Assembly: GCA_016781115.1 (NCBI GenBank)
Contig: JADDQX010000001.1
Coordinates: 1-42,036 of the forward strand
Source of the DNA: Actinomycetota bacterium
GTDB taxonomy: Bacteria > Actinomycetota > CADDZG01 > WHSQ01
DNA: 42,036 bases
Reading direction: 5' to 3'
Made by a program: the position numbers and the translations under genes. A model generated the notes under the pieces. The model was not told where the DNA came from, ran no database searches, and saw only the letters and a program-made list of their open reading frames with translations. Positions 32,142 to 40,328 of this stretch are shown here, one piece after another. Numbering within the stretch: position 1 is the first letter of the stretch; every line of letters starts with the position of its first letter.

Positions 32142-33485
32142 ATGACGAGCACCTGGTCGCCCGGCTCCTGGCGTGATGTGGAGACGGCGCAGCAGCCCGA
32201 ATGGCCCGACGATGCGCATCTTGGATCGACGCTGGAAACGCTGCGCGCCCTCCCCCCACTCGTGTTCGCGGGCGAAGCGAGGAGATTGAAAGAGGCGATG
32301 ACGAAGGTGTCGCGGGGAGAAGCCTTCGTGCTGCAAGCCGGAGATTGTGCCGAATCGTTCGGCGACTTCTCCGCGGATGGGATCAGGGACAAGCTCAAGA
32401 TCATCTTGCAGATGGCGGTCGTCCTCACCTACGCATCGGGCTTACCTGTTGTGAAGATCGGTCGCATCGCAGGGCAGTTCGCGAAGCCGCGAAGCTCCGC
32501 AAGCGAAACGCTCGACGACAAGGTCCTTCCTTCGTTCCGAGGCCACGCGGTGAACGACGCTGCATTCGACGAGGCGTCGCGGCGTGCCGATCCCGACCGC
32601 CTGGTGCGCGCGTATCAACAGTCCGCCTCTACCTTGAACCTGATCCGAGCCTTCACGAAGGGAGGGTTCGCGGATCTCAACCAGGTTCACATGTGGAACC
32701 AGGAGTTCGTAGCCGAGAGCCGGCAGGGCCGGCGATACGAAGCGATGGCTCGCGAGATCGACCGCGCGCTGCGATTCATGGGCGCGTGCGGCGTGGATCT
32801 ATCGGCGGACTCTAGCTTGCACGAGGTCGACCTCTACACCTCGCACGAGGCACTGATCCTGGGTTACGAAGAGGCGCTCACGCGCCAAGACAGTCTCACG
32901 GGAGACTGGTACGACTGCTCCGCTCACATGCTGTGGATCGGCGACCGAACGCGTCAGCTCCAGGGCGGTCACGTGGAGTTCCTATCCGGAGTGGAGAACC
33001 CGATCGCATGCAAGATAGGACCCTCCGCGACGACTGCCGACTTGCTCGCGTTGTGCGAACGTCTCAATCCGCGCAACGAGCCCGGGAGACTCGCCTTCAT
33101 CACGCGCATGGGAAGTGGCTCGATAGAAGAGGCACTCCCTCCGCTGGTGCGGGCGGTGCGCGATTCGGAGATCGAAGTGACCTGGATCTGTGACCCGATG
33201 CACGGCAACACCTTCTCGAGCTCGGGCGGTTACAAGACCCGGCGCTTCGACGACATCCTCGGTGAGATCAAGGGCTTCTTCGCGGTGCACCAGCGAGAGG
33301 GAACCGTCCCTGGAGGGGTTCATCTGGAGCTGACACACCACGCCGTCACCGAATGCCTCGGAGGCTCCGAGGAGATCTTGGACACGCACCTGTCGGAGCG
33401 GTATCAGGCTCTGTGTGACCCTCGCCTCAACGCTCGACAGTCCGTCGATCTCGCGTTCCAGGTCGGCGAGATGCTGCAGGGCTAG
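32142..33485 (+). CDS. Class II DAHP synthase
   Basis: QAGDCAE, GRIAGQFAKPRS, LWIGDRTR, DPMHGNT and CDPRLN motifs. Confidence 0.95.
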   Translation: MTSTWSPGSWRDVETAQQPEWPDDAHLGSTLETLRALPPLVFAGEARRLKEAMTKVSRGEAFVLQAGDCAESFGDFSADGIRDKLKIILQMAVVLTYASGLPVVKIGRIAGQFAKPRSSASETLDDKVLPSFRGHAVNDAAFDEASRRADPDRLVRAYQQSASTLNLIRAFTKGGFADLNQVHMWNQEFVAESRQGRRYEAMAREIDRALRFMGACGVDLSADSSLHEVDLYTSHEALILGYEEALTRQDSLTGDWYDCSAHMLWIGDRTRQLQGGHVEFLSGVENPIACKIGPSATTADLLALCERLNPRNEPGRLAFITRMGSGSIEEALPPLVRAVRDSEIEVTWICDPMHGNTFSSSGGYKTRRFDDILGEIKGFFAVHQREGTVPGGVHLELTHHAVTECLGGSEEILDTHLSERYQALCDPRLNARQSVDLAFQVGEMLQG

Positions 33486-33718
33486 GAGCGGAGCTCCCGC
33501 ACCGACCTCAGCACGTCTTCATACTCCGCGTGACGCCCTGTTGTCCTCTTCGAGTGGATCAGGTGACCGTCGACCTCGACCTCGAAGACACCGCCGCGCG
33601 AGGGCACGATCACCAGATCGCTGATGTCTTGCTCGAACTCTTCTAGAAGACGTTCCGTCAGACCGACGGCTTTAGGCGCGTAGCCTCATTGGGCGCAGTA
33701 CTCGATGGAGATCCTCAT
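33482..33718 (-). CDS. SelW/SelT/SelH (Rdx) family selenoprotein, 78 aa, Sec at codon 11 (TGA 33686-33688)
   Basis: Manual translation MRISIEYCAQ-U-GYAPKAVGLTERLLEEFEQDISDLVIVPSRGGVFEVEVDGHLIHSKRTTGRHAEYEDVLRSVRELRS. It has the Rdx motifs I.YCxxU and GGxFEVxVDG..IHSK...GR. Absent from the ORF track. Confidence 0.9.
33655..33685 (-). promoter_or_regulatory. Bacterial SECIS element (putative)
   Basis: After the UGA: GGCUACGCGCCUAAAG-CCGUC-GGUCU-GACGG. The 5-bp stem has a GGUCU apical loop starting 21 nt after the UGA. Confidence 0.7.
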
Positions 33719-33764
33719 AGCCGCAGCTTAGTGGCGCGCAACGCGGTCGCAGGAACCTCACCCC

Positions 33765-34424
33765 TTAGAGCGTGGCTATCCAGGCGGCGACTGCCTCGAT
33801 CGCCTCCTGCAACGCGTCTGCGCTGGTCCTTCCGGAGGATCTGCGCACCGCGAACGAATGATCCCCGTCGTCGATGATGGCAAGCGTCGTGGAGCCGGGG
33901 ATCCCGGCGCGCACGCGTTCTAGCGTCTCCAGCGGGCAGAAGGGGTCCCTCGTTCCCTCCACGAACAACATCGGGACGCGGACCTCGTGGAGATGCGCGT
34001 CCCGGACGCGGTCGGGTCGTCCGGGCGGATGCAGCGGGTAGCCCAGGAAGACGAGCCCGTCGCATGCCGTGCCACCCCGCGGGAGATGCGAGGCGATCCG
34101 GCCCCCCATCGATTTCCCTCCCAGGAAGAGCCGCGTCGGGCTCAGTCGCGAACGCACGTGCTCCACCACGGCGTCGTACGTCTGCTCGAGGATCGGTTGC
34201 CGATCCGGAGCCTTCCGTCCCAGCTCCGCGTAGCGGAAGTTGAAGCGGATCGTCGCGATACCCGAGCGCGCACAACCCTCTGCGAACCTCTTCATGAACG
34301 GGTGGTGCATCCCGGCTCCGGCACCGTGCGCCAGGATCAGAAGATCCGCCGTGGGACTCCCGTCTAGCGCCAGGGAGACGTCGCCTGCAGGAGTCGCGAC
34401 CAGCTCTTCCAGGCCCGAGATCAC
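33765..34424 (-). CDS. Alpha/beta hydrolase (KANL3/Tex30-like family)
   Basis: AHGAGA, nucleophile elbow GGKSMGG, GYPLHPPG, GTRDPF and GDHSF motifs. Confidence 0.88.
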   Translation of the reverse strand: MISGLEELVATPAGDVSLALDGSPTADLLILAHGAGAGMHHPFMKRFAEGCARSGIATIRFNFRYAELGRKAPDRQPILEQTYDAVVEHVRSRLSPTRLFLGGKSMGGRIASHLPRGGTACDGLVFLGYPLHPPGRPDRVRDAHLHEVRVPMLFVEGTRDPFCPLETLERVRAGIPGSTTLAIIDDGDHSFAVRRSSGRTSADALQEAIEAVAAWIATL

Positions 34425-34498
34425 GACCTCAACGACCTATACTCCGCGTCGTTTCTGGACCTCATGGACAAGTGCCGACGCTCGAAGGAGGGCACAAG

Positions 34499-36673
34499 GT
34501 GCTCGAGAAGATCCTCATGACGCTCCTCATCCTCGCAACGCTGGGAGCGTTCGCGTCGCGCTCGCGAGACCTGGTGGGGTATCTCCAGCTCGGCAGGGAC
34601 GAGGACAGGAAGCCGAAGGACTCGGGACGCAAGCTCAGGGAGCAGATCGTCGTGGTCTTCGGCCAACGCAAGCTGCTGCAGTGGTCGATCCCCGGGATCA
34701 TGCACTTCTTCATCTTCTGGGGCTTCGTGATCCTCTTCACGACCATCATCGAGGCGTTCGGAGCGGTCTACCAGGAAGGCTTCCACATCCCTTTGATCGG
34801 ACGCTGGGGTCCACTGGGAGCGCTGCAGGATTTCTTCGTCGTCGCCGTCTTGGCGAGCATCGCGGTCGCGTTCATCATCCGGAAGATCCAGCGTCCGGGC
34901 CGTTTCGGGGGGTCGCACCTCAAGGAGGCCGACTACATCCTGGTGGCGATCACCGGCATCATGCTGACGATCCTGCTCGTTCGTGGAGCGGAGATATCCC
35001 TCGGCCACTTCCCCTACGACACGCGCTGGACGCCCGCATCGAACGCCACCGCACAATTGTTCGAGGGTTTCTCGGTCGCCACGCGCGAGGCCCTGGACAC
35101 CGTCTTCCTGTGGTGGCACTCGCTCATCATCCTGGGCTTCCTCGTCTACATCACCTACTCCAAGCACCTCCACATCATCACGGCGGGCTTCAACGTGCTC
35201 TTCACGTCGGAGCGCCCGAAGGGTGCGCTCAAGCCGATGTACATCGACATCGAACAGATGTCCGAAGACGATCAGTTCGGCGCCGGCAAGATCACCGACC
35301 TCACCTGGAAGCAGATCCTCGACGGGATGACGTGCACCGAGTGCGGCCGGTGTCAGTCGCAGTGCCCGGCGTGGAACACCGGCAAGCCGCTGTCTCCCAA
35401 GTTGCTGATCATGGACGAGCGCGACGCGCTGTTCGAGAACGGCCCTGCGCTGCTGAAGGCGAAGCGAACAAGCGAGGAGACCTTCCAGCAGCTGGTCGTG
35501 CAACTCGAGCCGTTGAACCCGACGGTGGTCGAGGACGAGGTGATCTGGGATTGCACCACCTGTGGCGCCTGCGTCCAGGCCTGTCCCGTGAACATCGAGC
35601 ACATCGACCACATCATGGACATGCGGCGCAACCTCGTCATGGGTGAGTCCCGTTTCCCGAAAGAGATGCAGCCCGCGCTGCAGAACCTCGAGAACACCGG
35701 CAACCCGTGGGGTCAGCCACCTCAGGCGCGTCTGGACTGGATGAAGGGGACATCCAAGCAGGAAGAGCTGAAGATCCCTCACATCTCTGAGGCTCCGGAC
35801 GCGGACATCTTGTTCTGGGTTGGTTGCGCCGGTGCCTTCGACGACCGCAACAAGAAGGTCGTCTATGACTTCGCGAAGCTGATGCAGCTCGCGGGGGTGT
35901 CGTTCGCCATCCTCGGCGCGGACGAGGCATGCAACGGTGATCCGGCTCGCCGTATGGGGGCCGAGTACGTGTACCAGATGCTCGCCGAGCAGAACATCGA
36001 GTTGCTCAAGGAGCACAAGGTCAAGAAGATCGTGACGACCTGTCCTCACTGCTTCAACACGCTCTTCAACGAGTATCCCCAGTTCGGCGGCACGTTCGAG
36101 GTCGTGCACCACACGGAGTATCTCGCCGAGCTGGTGGACAAGGGTCGGCTGCGGCCGAAGGGCGAGATCCAGAAGAAGGTCACGTACCACGACCCCTGCT
36201 ACAACGCGCGTCACAACGATGTGTGGAAGGGAGCTCGAGAGGTCATCGAAGCCATCCCCGGCACGGAGTACGGCGAGCTGCACCGGCATGGCCATACGAC
36301 CTTCTGTTGCGGCGCCGGGGGTGGGCGGATGTGGATGGAAGAGCGGATGGGCAAGAAGATGAACATGGAGCGCACCGACGAGGCGCTGGCATCCGCGTCG
36401 GACACGCTGGCAGTGGGGTGCCCATTCTGCAACATCATGCTTGCCGACGGCGTGACGGAGCGCCACTCGGATTCGCAGATGCAGGTGCGCGACGTCGCGC
36501 AGCTGCTGCTGCAATCGATCGAGTTCCATCCGGAGTCGAGCGCGGGCCGCAACGGCGCTGGGAACGGTCACGGGGACGGGCACGGCTACAGCAGCGAAGA
36601 CTTCCCCGCAACCGCGGAACCAGACGAGGTCTCGGGGCAACCGGTGGGTCCGGGGGACCCGCAGACGACCTAA
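34499..36673 (+). CDS. Membrane Fe-S oxidoreductase with cytochrome-b-like N-terminus, two 4Fe-4S and CCG domains (FadF/EtfD-like)
   Basis: TM region with His ligands, CTECGRCQSQCP, CTTCGACVQACP, TCPHC, YHDPC, CCGAGG, GCPFC. AAGGAGG RBS before GTG 34499. Confidence 0.9.
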   Translation: MLEKILMTLLILATLGAFASRSRDLVGYLQLGRDEDRKPKDSGRKLREQIVVVFGQRKLLQWSIPGIMHFFIFWGFVILFTTIIEAFGAVYQEGFHIPLIGRWGPLGALQDFFVVAVLASIAVAFIIRKIQRPGRFGGSHLKEADYILVAITGIMLTILLVRGAEISLGHFPYDTRWTPASNATAQLFEGFSVATREALDTVFLWWHSLIILGFLVYITYSKHLHIITAGFNVLFTSERPKGALKPMYIDIEQMSEDDQFGAGKITDLTWKQILDGMTCTECGRCQSQCPAWNTGKPLSPKLLIMDERDALFENGPALLKAKRTSEETFQQLVVQLEPLNPTVVEDEVIWDCTTCGACVQACPVNIEHIDHIMDMRRNLVMGESRFPKEMQPALQNLENTGNPWGQPPQARLDWMKGTSKQEELKIPHISEAPDADILFWVGCAGAFDDRNKKVVYDFAKLMQLAGVSFAILGADEACNGDPARRMGAEYVYQMLAEQNIELLKEHKVKKIVTTCPHCFNTLFNEYPQFGGTFEVVHHTEYLAELVDKGRLRPKGEIQKKVTYHDPCYNARHNDVWKGAREVIEAIPGTEYGELHRHGHTTFCCGAGGGRMWMEERMGKKMNMERTDEALASASDTLAVGCPFCNIMLADGVTERHSDSQMQVRDVAQLLLQSIEFHPESSAGRNGAGNGHGDGHGYSSEDFPATAEPDEVSGQPVGPGDPQTT

Positions 36674-36676
36674 CCG

Positions 36677-37240
36677 CTACTTGAAGTTCTCGAAGAACCG
36701 GGACGGCGTTGGCCCCCTCTGGCCCTGGTACTTCGAACCGACCTTGCTCGACCCGTAAGGGTTCTCCGCCTCCGACGTCAGTTGGAAGAAGCTGATCTGG
36801 CCGATCTTCATGTCGGGATAGATCGTGATCGGGAGATTGGCGACGTTCGAGAGCTCGAGCGTGAGGTGGCCCTCGAAACCCGGGTCCACGTATCCAGCGG
36901 TCGAGTGGATCAGCAGACCCAGCCGTCCCAACGAGCTCTTTCCCTCGAGGCGTGCTACCAGGTCGTTCGGGAGCTTCACGTACTCCGCGGTCGAGCCCAA
37001 GACGAACTCGCCCGGATGCAGGATGAATGCTTCGTTCGGATCTACCTCGACGATCTCGGTCAGGTCCTCCATCGGCTTCTTCACGTCGATGTAGGGATGC
37101 CTCGCGTTGTGGAAGGTTCGGAAGTAACGATCGACGTGGAGGTCGACGCTCGAAGGCTGCACGTCATCCTCGTCGAAGGGGTCGATGCCGATGCGACCGT
37201 TCGCTATCGCTTTGCGGATGTCGCCGTCGGACAGGATCAC
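36677..37240 (-). CDS. dcd: dCTP deaminase
   Basis: [32 protein letters not shown] and KYQGQRGP motifs; GGAGG RBS. Confidence 0.96.
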   Translation of the reverse strand: MILSDGDIRKAIANGRIGIDPFDEDDVQPSSVDLHVDRYFRTFHNARHPYIDVKKPMEDLTEIVEVDPNEAFILHPGEFVLGSTAEYVKLPNDLVARLEGKSSLGRLGLLIHSTAGYVDPGFEGHLTLELSNVANLPITIYPDMKIGQISFFQLTSEAENPYGSSKVGSKYQGQRGPTPSRFFENFK

Positions 37241-37320
37241 CACGAACCTCCAAGACGCTGGGCAGATGAGGAGTCTAAGACGGCGGCCGAGCGCTGCTCG
37301 GGTTTGGGTACCCTCTGCGC

Positions 37321-37764
37321 GTGAACGCCGAGAGATCGATCCAAGAGACGTACTGGCCGGACGGCATCTGCTTCGGGTGCGGCCCTTCGAACGACAACGG
37401 CTTGCATATCCGCAGCTTCGTCGAGGGAGACAGTGTGGTCGCGCAATGGACGCCTCAACCGCACCACCAGGCGTTCCCGGGGGTTCTGAACGGCGGCATC
37501 ATCGGCGTCCTGCTCGACTGTCATTCGAACGCCGCCGCCTGGTGGGCACTGAGCGACGGCGGCCGCCAGCTGGGTCCGACGGTGACCGCGGAGTACGGGA
37601 TCAAGCTCCTGCGCCCCACGCCCGTCGACAGGCCACTGAAGCTGATATCGCGCGCTGTGGAGGTGACCGGAAGGCGAGCGCTGGTGGAGGCTCGCATCGA
37701 GGCAGACGGGGCGGTCACCGCCACCTGCGCCGGGACCTTCGTCCGGCCGAAGCAGCAGTTTTGA
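37321..37764 (+). CDS. PaaI-type hotdog-fold thioesterase
   Basis: [21 protein letters not shown] and VTAEY.IK..RPTP motifs. Confidence 0.85.
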   Translation: MNAERSIQETYWPDGICFGCGPSNDNGLHIRSFVEGDSVVAQWTPQPHHQAFPGVLNGGIIGVLLDCHSNAAAWWALSDGGRQLGPTVTAEYGIKLLRPTPVDRPLKLISRAVEVTGRRALVEARIEADGAVTATCAGTFVRPKQQF

Positions 37765-37770
37765 GCCACC

Positions 37771-37776
37771 TATAAT
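37771..37776 (+). promoter_or_regulatory. Consensus -10 box for tRNA-Gly
   Basis: TATAAT in GC-rich context, 30 nt upstream of the tRNA. Confidence 0.6.
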
Positions 37777-37806
37777 CGCTGCCCGGACGGCCGCAGGGGC
37801 GTCGTC

Positions 37807-37877
37807 GCGGGTGTAGCTCAATGGTAGAGCTCTAGCTTCCCAAGCTAGTGACGAGGGTTCGATTCCCTTCACCCGCT
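37807..37877 (+). tRNA. tRNA-Gly (CCC)
   Basis: Acceptor GCGGGTG/CACCCGC, anticodon arm CTAGC-TTCCCAA-GCTAG, T-arm GAGGG-TTCGATT-CCCTT. Confidence 0.96.
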
Positions 37878-37968
37878 CTAGGGGAGCGGGGCGCGTGCGA
37901 AGCACGCGAAGGGAAGAGAAGTGAAGTCGTGTTTGCTTCGATTCCCTTCACCCGCTCTAGGGGAGCGG
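37858..37968 (+). repeat. 32-bp exact direct repeat of the tRNA-Gly 3' end and flank (att-like)
   Basis: TTCGATTCCCTTCACCCGCTCTAGGGGAGCGG occurs at 37858-37889 and 37937-37968; both copies are followed by CGCGTGCG. Confidence 0.9.
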
Positions 37969-38026
37969 CGCGTGCGCGGCTCGCGACGGGCACGTCTTAA
38001 GGGCCCGGCCAAAGGGGGCGAACTGC

Positions 38027-38935
38027 GTGGCCGTCGATGTGGCAGAGCGGCGATTGCTCGACCGGTTCGGTGAGATCGTAGAGGCGTGGCCGGCGATGAC
38101 GGCGCGACTCGCCGCGCTGCTATCGATCCCCCTGCTCGGACTCGTCGACTATCTATCGGGACCGGAGGTCGCGTTCTCCGTGTTCTACCTGTTGCCGCTT
38201 TCGATCCTGGCGTGGGCGGGGGATCGGGACCGCGTCCTGATCTGGGTGGGCTCTGTGTTGTCGGCAACGACTTGGCTCGTCGCGGACGTCGCCTCGGGCG
38301 CCGAATACACACACGCATGGATCCCGATATGGAACACAGCAACACGACTGACCATTTTTCTCATCGTCGCCACCTTGCTGACGAACCTCCGAGATTCGGT
38401 CGCTCACGAGCGCGGATTGGCGCGGATCGATCCGCTCACCGGCGTCGGCAACAGCCGCTCCTTTATCGAAGCTGTGAACACCGAGATCATCAGGACTCGC
38501 AGACAAGGGCATCCGATCACGCTTGCCTATGTCGACATCGATGACTTCAAGAGCATCAACGACCGGATCGGACACAGTGGGGGTGACGAGGTTCTCCGCC
38601 GCGTAGCCACCGCCTTAGATGGGCACACCCGCGAAACGGACATGGTGGGCCGGATGGGAGGTGATGAGTTCGCGATCCTGCTGCCTGAGACCGATGCCTC
38701 CGCAGCCAACGCCGTGATCGGTGATCTCTGGAACCGGATGGCGGAGTCGCTAACCGACGTCGGATTCCGCGTCACCTTCAGCCTCGGCTCCGTTACCTTC
38801 GTGGAACCTCCGGCCGATGTAGACCAGATGATCAACGCCGCGGACGAGCTCATGTACCAAGCCAAGCAGGGCGGAAAGAACGCCGTGAATCAGAAGGTCT
38901 ATGGAGGAGCGTCGAGCTCAGCAGGAATGATCTGA
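38027..38935 (+). CDS. Membrane-bound diguanylate cyclase (GGDEF)
   Basis: N-terminal TM helices, DPLTG..N, DIDDFKSIND..GH..GD, RxxD I-site (RETD) and an intact GGDEF. Start uncertain. Confidence 0.92.
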   Translation: MAVDVAERRLLDRFGEIVEAWPAMTARLAALLSIPLLGLVDYLSGPEVAFSVFYLLPLSILAWAGDRDRVLIWVGSVLSATTWLVADVASGAEYTHAWIPIWNTATRLTIFLIVATLLTNLRDSVAHERGLARIDPLTGVGNSRSFIEAVNTEIIRTRRQGHPITLAYVDIDDFKSINDRIGHSGGDEVLRRVATALDGHTRETDMVGRMGGDEFAILLPETDASAANAVIGDLWNRMAESLTDVGFRVTFSLGSVTFVEPPADVDQMINAADELMYQAKQGGKNAVNQKVYGGASSSAGMI

Positions 38936-39642
38936 TGTTCGAGAAGTCGGCCGCCTTCTACGACGCGCTTTATTCGTGGAAGGACTACGCCGGCGAGGCC
39001 GCGAAGATCTGCTCGGTCGTCCAGCAGCACTGCCCGGGAGCGAGGACGCTGCTCGACGTCGCCTGCGGGACCGGCAAACACCTCGAGCTGCTCCGCGAGC
39101 ACTACGAGGTCGAGGGTGTCGACCTAGATCCCGAGATGCTTCGGACGGCGGCGGAGCGCAACCCGGATGTCCCGCTGCACGAGGGCGACATGATCTCGCT
39201 CGACCTGGGCCGAACATTCGACGTGGTCACGTGCCTCTTCAGCAGCATCGCCTACGCCGAAACACCCGACCGCTTGCACCTGGCGACCCAACGGATGGCG
39301 ACGCAAGTCGCTGCGGGAGGAGTCCTGATAGTGGAGCCGTTCTTCGGGCCGAAGGAGTTTCGTCCCGGCCAACCATGGGCGTTGTTCGTCGACGAGCCAG
39401 ACCTCAAGATCGCGCGGATGGACGTCCCGGCCACCGAGGGTTGCGTCGGTGTCATCACGTTCCACTACCTGGTCGGGAGGGCAGAAGGGATCGAGCACTT
39501 CACCGAAAAGCACAGGCTGGGGTTGTTCACCGACCATCAGTACCGAGAGGCACTGACGACAGCCGGCCTGGAGCTGTTGCCGGAGGCAGACCTTATGGGG
39601 CGTGGCCTGTACATCGCGCGGAAGCCGGTTAGAGGCAGCTAG
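38935..39642 (+). CDS. Class I SAM-dependent methyltransferase (aminosugar N-methyltransferase-like)
   Basis: YDALY..KDY, LLDVACGTG, GDM and FDVVTCLFSSI motifs; TGATG coupling to the GGDEF gene. Confidence 0.85.
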   Translation: MFEKSAAFYDALYSWKDYAGEAAKICSVVQQHCPGARTLLDVACGTGKHLELLREHYEVEGVDLDPEMLRTAAERNPDVPLHEGDMISLDLGRTFDVVTCLFSSIAYAETPDRLHLATQRMATQVAAGGVLIVEPFFGPKEFRPGQPWALFVDEPDLKIARMDVPATEGCVGVITFHYLVGRAEGIEHFTEKHRLGLFTDHQYREALTTAGLELLPEADLMGRGLYIARKPVRGS

Positions 39643-40328
39643 ATAGCCTCTCCCGCGGCCAGCAAGCGCGGCCCCGCCTCGCAGAGGTCGAACACGACGC
39701 ACTCGCTACAGCGCGGGATCTTCGGTTTGCACACGTTGCGCCCGTGGTTGATGAACGCCACGTGCAGGTCGTAGCGGATGTCTGCGGGAACCCGCGGCGC
39801 GAGCTCCGCGTGCGCCCGTTCCGCTGAGGCTCTTCCGTCGATCCAACCGAGGCGCCGCGCGATACGGTGGACGTGCGTGTCGATCGGGAACGCGGCGCGG
39901 CCCATCGAGAAGACGAGCACGCAAGCCGCGGTCTTCGGTCCCACCCCCGGCAGCTCGCACAGGTACTCCGCCACCTCCTGGTCGTTCAGCTCCTGCAGTC
40001 GATCCAGGCTGGGCTCGCCCTCCCGTCTTTCGATCTCCGCAAGGATGGACTTGATCCGACGCGCTTTCACCTCCGCGATCCCGCCGGGCCGGATCGCCTC
40101 CGCGACGTCATGGGTGGGGGCTGCGAGGACCTGTTTCCACGTCGGGAGCCTCTCCTTGAGCCGCGCGAAGGCCCTGTCCCGGTTGATGTCGGAGGTGTGT
40201 TGGGAGAGCACCGTCAAGATCAGCTCGTCGACGATCGGGAGCGCCGGCTTCGGCTCGAACGGCCCCTGGTCCTTGCGCAGCCGGCGCTGAACGGCGCGTA
40301 TGCGTCTGGTGGTGGGAGCCTCGGTCAG
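39639..40328 (-). CDS. Endonuclease III-like HhH-GPD DNA glycosylase (start probably CTG 40328; first canonical start is TTG 40217)
   Basis: DELILTVLSQ, HhH LPGVGPKTA, PIDTHV.R, Fe-S motif CKPKIPRCSEC..C. Confidence 0.85.
   Translation of the reverse strand: MTEAPTTRRIRAVQRRLRKDQGPFEPKPALPIVDELILTVLSQHTSDINRDRAFARLKERLPTWKQVLAAPTHDVAEAIRPGGIAEVKARRIKSILAEIERREGEPSLDRLQELNDQEVAEYLCELPGVGPKTAACVLVFSMGRAAFPIDTHVHRIARRLGWIDGRASAERAHAELAPRVPADIRYDLHVAFINHGRNVCKPKIPRCSECVVFDLCEAGPRLLAAGEAI

Noticed and set aside
33715..34275. 186-aa minus-strand ORF whose TGA overlaps the selenoprotein ATG region
   Set aside because: Arg/Pro-rich alternative frame of the alpha/beta hydrolase; the selenoprotein has its own -10 box.
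36540..36673. Gly/His-rich tail (GNGHGDGHG) of the Fe-S oxidoreductase as a metal-binding tag
   Set aside because: Only two His in a low-complexity tail; similar GNG/NGH linkers occur in the E1b and E2 proteins here.
37858..37968. CRISPR array (32-bp repeat with 47-bp spacer)
   Set aside because: Only two copies, the repeat is the tRNA 3' end, and there are no cas genes.
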